Source of the DNA: Thiobacillaceae bacterium
GTDB lineage: Bacteria > Pseudomonadota > Gammaproteobacteria > Burkholderiales > Thiobacillaceae
NCBI GenBank assembly: GCA_041640815.1
Contig: JBEPZO010000003.1
Span: 21 to 64,020 of the forward strand
Reading direction: 5' to 3'
DNA: 64,000 nt
Part shown: piece by piece, positions 24,744-32,946 of the stretch
Position numbering within the stretch: the first letter of the stretch is position 1
Layout: the number at the start of each line of letters is the position of its first letter
Translations under genes and position numbers: made by a program
The notes under the pieces: model-generated
Database searches by the model: none
Seen by the model: only the letters and a program-made list of their open reading frames with translations
Told to the model about the DNA's origin: nothing

Positions 24744-24934
24744 AAGACTCTGACATGGATCGCCAAGCGCATTAGCTGTGAATGCCGTTATGCTACCGCG
24801 CTCGAGCGCATGCGTCTGACCGCACCCCAAAAAACCAGTAGGTACCAATGCTCTATTGACACCCCTCTACCCCTCTCCAATGGCCGGGGAAGAAACTCTG
24901 CTCATTTCCGCCGAGGTATTGGTGATCGACGGCC

Positions 24935-25588
24935 TTATGTATCGCCGAGCAATAGCTTCACCTCGCGCAGCAGCGCTGCCACCTCTAGACTGGCAATGGC
25001 TGCACGGTGGCCTAAGGCGTTAATCGTGCAACCAAGTGCGGCAGCCTGGCGGTAGGCGGTGCGGCTTTTGAGCTGGGCGGCAAGCATCGGGATGCCGAAC
25101 TCGGCCAGCATGCCCAGTACCTCTTGCGCCAGCAGGGTGTTGAGCTGTGCCTGGTTGACGACGAGGCGTGCCTGAAGTGTGGGATTTTTGTGCCGGGCGC
25201 GGGCGATGGCCTCGCGGATGCGCAGGCTGGCCCACAAGTCGAGTGGCGAAGGGATGACTGGCACCAAGGCGAGATCGGCCAAGCGCAGGGCGCTATCGGT
25301 GACCGGAGCGCTGGCGTGCGGCGGGCTGTCGATGACGATGTAGTCGTAATCGGCGAGGCGCTTGCGTAGTTGTTTGTGCAGCTTGCCCGCCTCGTCTGAA
25401 AAATCCTCGACCGTGGCGGGGAAGCCCCTGCCCGCCCGCGCCCAGTGCAAGGCGGTGTTCTGCGGGTCGGCATCGGCAACGAGGACCTTGGCGCCCGCGT
25501 CGGCCAGGGCACCGGCCAGCAACATCGCCAGGGTGGACTTGCCCGCGCCACCTTTCTGGTTGACGACGGCGATGACGCGGGCGGTCAT
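24935..25588 (-). CDS. Small ParA/MinD-family P-loop ATPase (deviant Walker A)
   Basis: MTARVIAVVNQKGGAGKSTLA..VLVADADPQ..YDYIVIDSPP..LVVNQ. About 217 aa with no N-terminal HTH extension. Its ATG overlaps the stop of the upstream gene (ATGA). Confidence 0.85.
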   Translation of the reverse strand: MTARVIAVVNQKGGAGKSTLAMLLAGALADAGAKVLVADADPQNTALHWARAGRGFPATVEDFSDEAGKLHKQLRKRLADYDYIVIDSPPHASAPVTDSALRLADLALVPVIPSPLDLWASLRIREAIARARHKNPTLQARLVVNQAQLNTLLAQEVLGMLAEFGIPMLAAQLKSRTAYRQAAALGCTINALGHRAAIASLEVAALLREVKLLLGDT

Positions 25589-27039
25589 GGGATGGCTTCG
25601 CCGTGCCAGCCGAGCGGTGAGAGTCCTCTGGCCATGGCCCCGTCGCGCAGGTGGTGCAGGAACTCCGAGGGACCGGCAGCGTAGAGGTCGGCATGGCTCA
25701 AATCGCTGTGTGCGGCGAGGATGCGTTCGGCGGCATGGCGGGCACCGCCTTCGGCCCTGAGGGCGGTGTAGCTGAAATTGTCCAGCGCGTCGGCCCAGGA
25801 GCGGCATAGATTGTCCTGATAGTGAGGAAGAGTATCTGCCACCCAGTACAGCTGCATGCGCTCGGCCATCTCCAGCGACATGGCGTGTTGCACGAGGCTC
25901 TTGATGGGGGCGAAACCCTCGTCCCAGGCCGCGAAGATCACCGACCGGCGAGAATCCATGTTGATGACGAAGCTGCCATGCGGCCCTTCGATGATGACAG
26001 GGGCCTCCTTGCGCAGCTCCTCGAACACCTTGCGCGCGAAGGGGCGGTTGTCGCGGCGCACATGCAGCTCGATGTGCCGGTCCTCGCAGGGGCAGCTGGC
26101 GATGTAATAGTCGCCGCTCACACCATCGGCGGTGAGGCGGATACGCTGGCCGGCCAGGAAACGCAGGCGCTGGCTGCGCGGGGTGGTCAAGTGCAAGGCG
26201 GCGACAGCCTCGTCGAACAGCTCGATGGCCTTGACCTTGGTGGGGATGCGTTGCAGGGGGATGTCGCTGGCGCCGGCGACGCTGGCCTCGATGACGATAT
26301 CCGTCACCGCCGTGTAAGCGCACATCAGAAAAACGTTGTTCGCCTTTTCCGACGCTTTGAGCGCGAAGTCGTGCGGATGCACCTTCTTGATCTCGCCGGC
26401 GAGCAAGCGCGCCCGGCACTCGCCGCAGTTGCCGTTGCTACAGCCGTAGTTGAGCGGGATGCCGGCGCGCAAGGCCGCATCCAGGATGGTGTCGGCCCCC
26501 TCGACGAAGAACTCGTGACCCGAGGGTTGAACCTTGACTTGCGCTGAGACGATGCGCATTGCGCTCTCCTTCTCTAGCAGGAGCCGTTGCCGCTCCGCCT
26601 GCTCGGGCGCGGCCTGGAGCTGGCCGCGCAACCACTGTTTGAGTGCGCTCACCGCCTGGGCCGTGTCCGTGCCGCCGGTATCGACCAGATCGTCGAGCTT
26701 GCGCAGCGTCCAGTCGAAGAGTTGTTCATAGTGCGTCAGCAAGGACTTGGCGGCGGCATATTCGCTGGACAGGTCGAACAGCCGGTCCGCCAGCACCTCG
26801 CGGTCTGGCAGCGCCCGCTCGAAGATGCGCTTGGCGAAGGCCTTGCGCTTGATCTCTTCGACGCGCTGATATTCGCCGTCGTCCTCCCATTTGACATCGG
26901 GGAAGACGCGCAGCAGCTCATCCATCTCCACCTCGCCATCGTAGGTCTTGAGCTCGCCGGTCTTGATCATGTGCTGCAAGGTCGCACGCGGGATGCCGAC
27001 CAGGCGGGCGACGCGGGATAAGGAGAAGGTGTGCGCCAT
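25585..27039 (-). CDS. Fusion protein: N-terminal HTH (MerR/excisionase-like), coiled coil, plant-type [2Fe-2S] ferredoxin, FNR-like (FAD/NAD-binding-fold) module with degenerate cofactor motifs
   Basis: SLSRVARLVGIPRATLQHMIKTGEL (HTH); aa ~60-160 charged and helical; C200-x4-C-x2-C..x31..C240 (YGCSNGNCGECRARL..FLMCAY); FNR-like beta-barrel plus Rossmann region, but GDYYIAS in place of RxYSxxS and AAWDEGFAP in place of GGTGxAP. Confidence 0.7.
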   Translation of the reverse strand: MAHTFSLSRVARLVGIPRATLQHMIKTGELKTYDGEVEMDELLRVFPDVKWEDDGEYQRVEEIKRKAFAKRIFERALPDREVLADRLFDLSSEYAAAKSLLTHYEQLFDWTLRKLDDLVDTGGTDTAQAVSALKQWLRGQLQAAPEQAERQRLLLEKESAMRIVSAQVKVQPSGHEFFVEGADTILDAALRAGIPLNYGCSNGNCGECRARLLAGEIKKVHPHDFALKASEKANNVFLMCAYTAVTDIVIEASVAGASDIPLQRIPTKVKAIELFDEAVAALHLTTPRSQRLRFLAGQRIRLTADGVSGDYYIASCPCEDRHIELHVRRDNRPFARKVFEELRKEAPVIIEGPHGSFVINMDSRRSVIFAAWDEGFAPIKSLVQHAMSLEMAERMQLYWVADTLPHYQDNLCRSWADALDNFSYTALRAEGGARHAAERILAAHSDLSHADLYAAGPSEFLHHLRDGAMARGLSPLGWHGEAIP

Positions 27040-27100
27040 ACCTCGATGATAGTACGTCAGGCCAGGCTAAGGGGATTCCCCAAGTGCGGCGGATACGCTT

Positions 27101-27150
27101 TAATCCCCTCCCATCCCCCATCACCCTGCCCTCCATGTCCCATCCCCCAT
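27101..27150 (-). repeat. G-run cluster (potential G-quadruplex) in the divergent promoter region; contains a 12-nt direct repeat
   Basis: The minus strand reads ATGGGGGATGGGACATGGAGGGCAGGGTGATGGGGGATGGGAGGGGATTA, with seven G3+ runs and loops of 1-7 nt. On the plus strand CCCATCCCCCAT occurs at 27110-27121 and 27139-27150. Confidence 0.5.
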
Positions 27151-28864
27151 GCTGAATCTCGTCACCCGCCCTTGCCCGGCTCACGTGTTCGAGCAGCTGC
27201 GCCGCGGCGGCCTGCCGCCCTTGCTGGCGCGGCTATACGCCAGCCGGGGGGTGAAACGCCAGGAGGACTTGAAGAGTCGGTTGACGGAATTGCTCCCCTA
27301 CACCGGCTTACTCAATTGCGAGGCAGCTGGCGCGCGGCTGGCCGATGCCATCCAGCGTGCGCAGCGTCTCTTGGTGGTGGCGGACTACGACGCCGATGGC
27401 GCCACCGCCTGCGCCGTGGCCGTGCAGGGACTTACGGCCATGGGGGCAGAGGTGGATTACCTGGTGCCCAACCGCTTCGAGTACGGTTACGGGCTCACCC
27501 CCGAGATCGTCGCGCTCGCCGCCGAGCGACGGCCGGACGTCATCATCACTGTCGACAACGGCATTGCCTCTCACACCGGTGTGGAGTCAGCCCGCCAGCT
27601 GGGCATCGAGGTGCTCGTCACCGATCACCACCTGCCGGCACAAGGCGGTGAACTGCCGCAGGCACTCATCGTCAACCCCAACCAGCCCGGCTGCCCCTTC
27701 CCCAGCAAAAGCCTGGCTGGGGTGGGGGTGATGTTCTACGTGTTGGTTGCGGTGCGGGCCGAACTGCGCCGGCGCGGCTGGTTCATGGGGGGACGCGCCG
27801 AGCCCAATCTCGCCGAACTGCTCGACCTGGTGGCTCTGGGCACGGTAGCCGACGTGGTGCCGCTGGATGCCAACAACCGTCTGCTGGTGCAGCATGGCCT
27901 CAAGCGCATGCGCGCCGGCCAGGCTCGGCCGGGCATCGAGGCCTTGTTCCGGGCAGCGGGGCGCGAGTCGGCGCGCGCCAGCGTCTACGACCTCGGTTTC
28001 GTCCTGGGGCCCAGGCTGAATGCGGCAGGGCGGCTGGCCGACATGAGTGTGGGTATCAATTGTCTGCTGGCGCGTGATCTTTCCGAGGCGATGCCGCTGG
28101 CGCGCGAACTCGACCGCTTGAATCGGGAGCGCCGCCAGATCGAGGCCGACATGCAGGAGCAGGCCCTGGCACTGCTGGAGACGAAGGACGTGGACGACGG
28201 CTGGAGCCTGACCCTGTACGATCCCAGCTGGCATCAAGGCGTTGTGGGCCTGCTGGCCGCGCGCCTGAAAGAGCGCCATCACCGCCCAACCATTGTATTC
28301 GCTGATGGCGGCGACGGGCTGCTCAAAGGGTCGGGCCGGTCCATCCCGGCGCTGCACCTGCGCGATGCCCTCGACCGGGTGGACAAGCGGCACGCCGGCC
28401 TCATGCTCAAATTCGGCGGGCACGCCGGCGCTGCGGGTCTGATCCTGCGCCAGGAGGACCTGCCCGTGTTCGCCGCCGCCTTCGAAGCCGTCGCACGCGA
28501 GCTGCTCACCCCCGCGGATCTGAAGCGGGTGATCGAGACCGACGGCCCGCTGCGCCCCGAGGAATGCCAGCTCGATCAGGCCCTGTTGCTGCGCGACGCG
28601 GTCTGGGGTCAGGGCTTTCCGCCGCCGCTCTTCCACGGCGAGTTCCGCGTCGATAGCCAACGCCTGGTCGCGGACAAGCACCTGCGCTTGCGGCTCTCAG
28701 GTGGGGGGCTCAGCGCCGAGGCCATGCTGTTCAACCATGACGCCCCCCTGCCGCAAGGCATCCAAGCGACCTACCGGCTGGAGGTGAACGAGTGGAACGG
28801 CAAGATGAGCCCGCAATTGACCCTTGAACAGTGGTGCCCGCTAGACGAAGATGGCCGGCCGTGA
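27149..28864 (+). CDS. recJ: Single-stranded-DNA-specific exonuclease RecJ
   Basis: DHH-family motifs (VVADYDADGATA, VTDHH, GGHAGAAG). 571 aa. Confidence 0.95.
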   Translation: MLNLVTRPCPAHVFEQLRRGGLPPLLARLYASRGVKRQEDLKSRLTELLPYTGLLNCEAAGARLADAIQRAQRLLVVADYDADGATACAVAVQGLTAMGAEVDYLVPNRFEYGYGLTPEIVALAAERRPDVIITVDNGIASHTGVESARQLGIEVLVTDHHLPAQGGELPQALIVNPNQPGCPFPSKSLAGVGVMFYVLVAVRAELRRRGWFMGGRAEPNLAELLDLVALGTVADVVPLDANNRLLVQHGLKRMRAGQARPGIEALFRAAGRESARASVYDLGFVLGPRLNAAGRLADMSVGINCLLARDLSEAMPLARELDRLNRERRQIEADMQEQALALLETKDVDDGWSLTLYDPSWHQGVVGLLAARLKERHHRPTIVFADGGDGLLKGSGRSIPALHLRDALDRVDKRHAGLMLKFGGHAGAAGLILRQEDLPVFAAAFEAVARELLTPADLKRVIETDGPLRPEECQLDQALLLRDAVWGQGFPPPLFHGEFRVDSQRLVADKHLRLRLSGGGLSAEAMLFNHDAPLPQGIQATYRLEVNEWNGKMSPQLTLEQWCPLDEDGRP

Positions 28865-28930
28865 AGCTCGCGATCTAGCCCCGCCACCTCGCCCGGCGTC
28901 GGCCTGCCGCCACGGCGACACCCAAGACCA

Positions 28931-30205
28931 TTGCCCATGACCGGGGTGACGCATATGCAAGCGTGGCTTAGCGCGGAATTGGAACCCCTGGCGCTGTTTC
29001 TCACCAGCATGGGGCTGGGGCTGTTGATCGGTCTGGAGCGCGAACGCTCGCCGGCAGCCAAGGCGGGGTTACGCACCTTCACCCTGGTGGCCTTGGCCGG
29101 CACGCTGGGCGCCATGCTCGCGGAACAGACCGGCGCGCCCTGGATCCTGGGCGCCGGGCTGATCATCCTGGGCGGCATGATGGTGGCGGCCTATTTCCGG
29201 GTGCCGCAGGAGGCAGACCCGGGCACCACCACGGTCGCCGCCATCGTCGTCTGCTATGGCTTAGGCGCCTTGGTCTGGTACCGGCATACCCAACTGGCCG
29301 TCGCCCTGGCGGTCACCACCACGGTGCTGCTCTATTTCAAGGCCGAGCTGCGCGGCGTCACCCAGCACCTCACCCGGCAGGACCTGGTGTCCTTCCTGCA
29401 GTTCGCCGTGCTCTCCCTGGTCATCCTGCCCGTATTGCCGGATCAAGGCTATGGCCCCTACGCGGCGCTGAATCCCTATCAGATCTGGTGGATGGTGGTG
29501 CTGATCTCGGGCCTGTCGCTCGCTGGCTATGCCGCCCTGCGCCTGGCAGGCGAGCGACAGGGGGCGCTGCTCACCGGCCTGTTCGGCGGTGTGGCCTCCA
29601 GCACCGCCACCACCCTCACCTTTGCCCGACACGCGCGCCGCCGGCCAGAGCTCATGAGCGTGGCCGCCTTGGTGATCCTCACCGCCAACTGGGTCGTGCT
29701 GGTGCGCTTGAGCCTCCTGGTTGGGCTGGTCGCACCCGCCTTGCTGCCTCAGGCCGTGCGCATGCTCGGGCTCGCCGCCCTCGTCGGTGTGCCGCTACTC
29801 TATTGGCGCTGGCGACACTTGCAGCGTCAGGAACTGCCCGAACTGACCTTGAGCAACCCGACCGAGATCCGCGCCGCCCTGGGCTTTGGCGCCCTCTATG
29901 CCGGCGTGCTGTTCGCCGCCGCATGGCTGTCGGACTGGGCCGGTAGCCGTGGCGTCTATGCCGTGGCGCTCGCCTCGGGCCTGACCGACGTCGATGCCAT
30001 CACCCTGTCCAGCCTGCGCCTGTTCGGCCTCACCACCTTGAGCGGTGAGGAGGCCTTGACCAGCATCCTGCTCGCCTTGCTGGCCAACATCGCCTTCAAG
30101 GCGGGGCTGACCGTGGTCATCGGCGGCGGCCGGCTGGCGCTGCGCACCTTGCCGGGATTCACCGCCGTGGCCTTGGGCGCATGCGTCGGTTGGTGGTCGC
30201 TGTGA
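28931..30205 (+). CDS. MgtC/SapB-family N-terminal domain fused to a DUF4010-type polytopic membrane domain
   Basis: About 12 predicted TM segments. N-terminus LGLLIGLERE..AGLRTF.LVALAG is typical of MgtC. The long hydrophobic C-terminal half resembles DUF4010 proteins. Confidence 0.7.
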   Translation: MPMTGVTHMQAWLSAELEPLALFLTSMGLGLLIGLERERSPAAKAGLRTFTLVALAGTLGAMLAEQTGAPWILGAGLIILGGMMVAAYFRVPQEADPGTTTVAAIVVCYGLGALVWYRHTQLAVALAVTTTVLLYFKAELRGVTQHLTRQDLVSFLQFAVLSLVILPVLPDQGYGPYAALNPYQIWWMVVLISGLSLAGYAALRLAGERQGALLTGLFGGVASSTATTLTFARHARRRPELMSVAALVILTANWVVLVRLSLLVGLVAPALLPQAVRMLGLAALVGVPLLYWRWRHLQRQELPELTLSNPTEIRAALGFGALYAGVLFAAAWLSDWAGSRGVYAVALASGLTDVDAITLSSLRLFGLTTLSGEEALTSILLALLANIAFKAGLTVVIGGGRLALRTLPGFTAVALGACVGWWSL

Positions 30206-30768
30206 ACAAGGTCCCCACCCATGCCATCGGCTTCGACGACGCCCCCTTCCAGCGCCGCCACCGCGGTGACGTGCTGGTGGTGGGCGCTGTGCATGCCGGC
30301 GCGCGGCTGGACGGCGTGGTCGTCACGCGGGTGCGGCGCGACGGGGTGAACGCCACCGAGCGCCTGATCGCCAGCGTACTGGGCAGCCGCTTCTACCCAC
30401 AACTACAACTCGTCTGGCTCCAAGGCATTGCGCTCGCCGGTTTCAACGTCGTGGACATCCACCGGCTGAACGCCGCCACCGGCCTGCCCGTGCTGGTCGC
30501 CGCGCGCCGGCGGCCAGATCTGGAGGCGATCCGTCGCGCCCTGCTGGAAAACGTGCCCGGCGGCCGGCACAAGTGGCGGCTCATCGAAGCGGCCGGCCCC
30601 ATGGAGCCCTTGGGCGGTATCTGGATCCAACGCGCGGGGATGGGGGCAGAGACTGCCGCCGCTGCGGTGGCCTTTTGGCAGCTCCATGGCAAGCTGCCGG
30701 AACCGCTGCGCACCGCCCATCTCATCGCCGCTGGCGTGACCGGCAGCCAAAGCCGCCAGCGCGCCTAG
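30202..30768 (+). CDS. DUF99 (UPF0215, endonuclease-V-fold) family protein
   Basis: IGFDDAPF......V.VVG.V....R.DGV....V..DG.NAT..L......S.....L..V.L.GI...GFNVVD. A GTG at 30202 overlaps the upstream stop (GTGA). An alternative ATG lies at 30181. Confidence 0.6.
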   Translation: MNKVPTHAIGFDDAPFQRRHRGDVLVVGAVHAGARLDGVVVTRVRRDGVNATERLIASVLGSRFYPQLQLVWLQGIALAGFNVVDIHRLNAATGLPVLVAARRRPDLEAIRRALLENVPGGRHKWRLIEAAGPMEPLGGIWIQRAGMGAETAAAAVAFWQLHGKLPEPLRTAHLIAAGVTGSQSRQRA

Positions 30769-30854
30769 GGAGGGTAACTCCCCCAGGGGATCCCCAACGA
30801 AGCCCCGCTAGCGGCCGGGCTGCACGTCGATAGAGGAGGCGCCGTTTTCGCGGC

Positions 30855-31151
30855 TCACGCAAAACGCACGGGCAGAAACTGCTCGATCAGCCACATGGCG
30901 GTCTCGGCATGCAGGCTCACCTCGCGCACGCTGAAGCGGCTGTTACCCTTGGCCAAGGCGGCGTAGACCAGGAGCTGGTCGGCGGCGTGCAGGTCGACCC
31001 CGGCAGCGTTTTGCAGATCGGCGCGTAGCGTCCCTCCCGCCTGCTCCCCCAAGGCTTCGGCGCTGACGCCGCGCTCGGCCACCACCGCCGCGCCCAGGCG
31101 GCCGTGCCCAACGCCAACAGACGGGCCAGCTGCGGCGTGACGCGGCTTCAA
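30855..31151 (-). pseudogene. rtcA: C-terminal remnant of RNA 3'-terminal phosphate cyclase
   Basis: ..ADQLLVYAALAKGNSRFSVREVSLHAETAMWLIEQFLPVRFA* matches the RtcA C-terminus (..DQLL...AL..G...F..G.LSLH..TN..VIE.FLPVRF). The ~250 N-terminal residues are missing, and the SDR gene promoter and start occupy that space. Confidence 0.5.
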
Positions 31152-31270
31152 ACAGACGCTGCGCCTGCGGGCGTAGCGTCCCCTGCCTTCCCTCTAGCCA
31201 GCCCGATCGGACGATGCACGCACGCATCCGGTCTAACATGAATGCGGATAGACCTACGGGAGGGCCAAAC

Positions 31271-31966
31271 ATGGAGAGTATTCTCGTCACCGGTGCCAAT
31301 CGGGGTCTGGGGCTCGAATGGTGCCGTCATTATGCCGCACGCGGCTGGCGCGTCTATGCCACCTGCCGCCACCCGGCGGATGCCGACGCTCTGCAGGCGC
31401 TCGCCCAGGCGCATCGCCACCTGAGCGTGCACCGGCTCGACGTCACCGACGCCGACAACATCTATGCCCTGCGCGCCGAGCTGGGGGAGGAACCCATCGA
31501 CGTTCTGGTGAACAACGCCGGCGTTTATTTGGAGAAATACGCCCCCGATCCGGCCATCCGCTACGAGGAGTGGCTGAAGACCCTGGCGGTCAACACCCTG
31601 GGGGCCGTGCGGGTGAGCGAGGCCCTGGCGCACAACGTCTCCCGCAGCCAGCGCCGCTTGATCGTGGCCATCAGTAGCCACATGGGCTCGATTGCCGACA
31701 TCTCCACCCCAGGCAGCTATTATTACCGCTCCAGCAAGGCGGCGCTCAACGCCGCGATGAAGGGCCTGGCGCTTGCCTACCGGCCGCTAGACATCGGCGT
31801 GCTGATCCTGCATCCCGGTTGGGTCAAGACCCGCATGGGCGGCTGGCAGGAGGCACCGTTGACGCCCGAGCAAAGCGTGGCCGGCATGAGCCGCTTGATC
31901 GATGGCTACACGCCGGAGATGAGCGGTCGCTTCTTCCGCTACGACGGGCGCGAGCTGCCGTGGTAA
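31271..31966 (+). CDS. Short-chain dehydrogenase/reductase (SDR) family oxidoreductase
   Basis: ILVTGANRGLGLE (TGxxxGxG), NNAG, and Y..SKAA catalytic motif (YYYRSSKAALN). Confidence 0.85.
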   Translation: MESILVTGANRGLGLEWCRHYAARGWRVYATCRHPADADALQALAQAHRHLSVHRLDVTDADNIYALRAELGEEPIDVLVNNAGVYLEKYAPDPAIRYEEWLKTLAVNTLGAVRVSEALAHNVSRSQRRLIVAISSHMGSIADISTPGSYYYRSSKAALNAAMKGLALAYRPLDIGVLILHPGWVKTRMGGWQEAPLTPEQSVAGMSRLIDGYTPEMSGRFFRYDGRELPW

Positions 31967-32946
31967 TTGCCTCGCCACGCCGCCTGGAGCTCAACTCGCA
32001 GTGCGTGCTCCTGGCCACGATAGATGGGCGAGAAGTGGAAGGGGACGACGTTTCTCGCCCCCGCCTCCCGCGCCAGCCGGCCGGCCTGGGCGGCGGTGAG
32101 GTGTTTTTTCTGCCGCGCGCGCTCGGCCAGCTCGTCCAGAAAGACGCATTCGATGAACAGCCAGTCGGCATCGCGCGCCAGTTCCACGATACGCTGGGCG
32201 TTCTCGGCGTGATAGACGACATCGGTGACGTAGGCGATCTTCACCCCGGGGGTGATCTGCACGCAGTGCATCAGCGCGCCGAGGGGGCGCTCGCCGGCGG
32301 GGGTGGCGATCGGTGTGTCGGCGGACGCCCGCGCCAGCACCGCCGCCTTCAAGCCCTTGAGCCAAGGCCCCACGGGCAAGCCCAGTTCGGCCAGGCGGTT
32401 TTTCCAGATGTTGACGTGCCGCTCTTCTTCCAGGGCAAAGCCCAGGCAGGGCGTGCCGTGGTCGAGAAAGGCTGCGCGCACGCGAAACCCCGACTCCTCC
32501 CATACCACACCCCCTTCGATGCGCAGTTTCGCCTCGGCCTCGCGGCGAAAGCCCGTCTGCACCCGGAAGCGGGCCTGGCTGGCGGACCCGTCTGGATGGA
32601 GCTCCAGCACCGTCAGGGTGAAGTCGTTCGCGTAACGCTGCACGAGGTTCCAGGTATAGGCGGCGAGCTTGGCCTCGACCTGCTTAACAAAGCCAGGCGG
32701 GCCATACAGGCGTACCCCCCGGTCGCGACCCAGACAGATGCGCAGGAACCAGTCGAAGCCCATGAAGTGGTCCATGTGGCAGTGACTGACGAAGATGTCG
32801 CTCACGCGCAGGATCTTGCGCGGCGGCAGGGCGTTGAGGTTGCCGAGGTCGAACAAGAGCGCCCGCGCCTCGAACATCATGTCGACGAACAGGGCTGGGT
32901 CGCCGAAGGGATCGTTGACCAGCTCGGGCAAGAAGGCGGGGCGCAT
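31939..32946 (-). CDS. MBL-fold metallo-hydrolase, RNase Z/ElaC-like
   Basis: LFDLGN..ISDIFVSHCHMDHFMGF (HxHxDH), ..VTDVVY.. later metal ligands. Start at the internal ATG, which overlaps the NUDIX stop by 1 nt (TGATG). Confidence 0.7.
   Translation of the reverse strand: MRPAFLPELVNDPFGDPALFVDMMFEARALLFDLGNLNALPPRKILRVSDIFVSHCHMDHFMGFDWFLRICLGRDRGVRLYGPPGFVKQVEAKLAAYTWNLVQRYANDFTLTVLELHPDGSASQARFRVQTGFRREAEAKLRIEGGVVWEESGFRVRAAFLDHGTPCLGFALEEERHVNIWKNRLAELGLPVGPWLKGLKAAVLARASADTPIATPAGERPLGALMHCVQITPGVKIAYVTDVVYHAENAQRIVELARDADWLFIECVFLDELAERARQKKHLTAAQAGRLAREAGARNVVPFHFSPIYRGQEHALRVELQAAWRGNYHGSSRPS

Noticed and set aside
24744-24934. The spacer downstream of parA was checked for a small ParB-like ORF or centromere-like repeats.
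   Set aside because: Only 7-12-codon ORFs and one short CCCCTCT-a-CCCCTCT repeat (24862-24876) are present. This is insufficient to call a gene or a parS-type array.
25589-26419. The ORF track extends the parA frame upstream to a 494-aa ORF (24935-26419).
   Set aside because: The upstream 277 residues are Arg/Pro/Gly-rich nonsense overlapping the well-supported HTH-[2Fe-2S] gene in another frame. The ParA homology begins exactly at MTARVIAVVNQKGG (ATG at 25588), which overlaps the upstream stop.
30786-30795. GGGGATCCCC perfect palindrome downstream of the DUF99 gene, and the related GGGGATTCCCC at 27071-27081.
   Set aside because: Very short GC-rich palindromes are expected by chance in this composition. 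There are only two loosely similar copies and no consistent position relative to genes.
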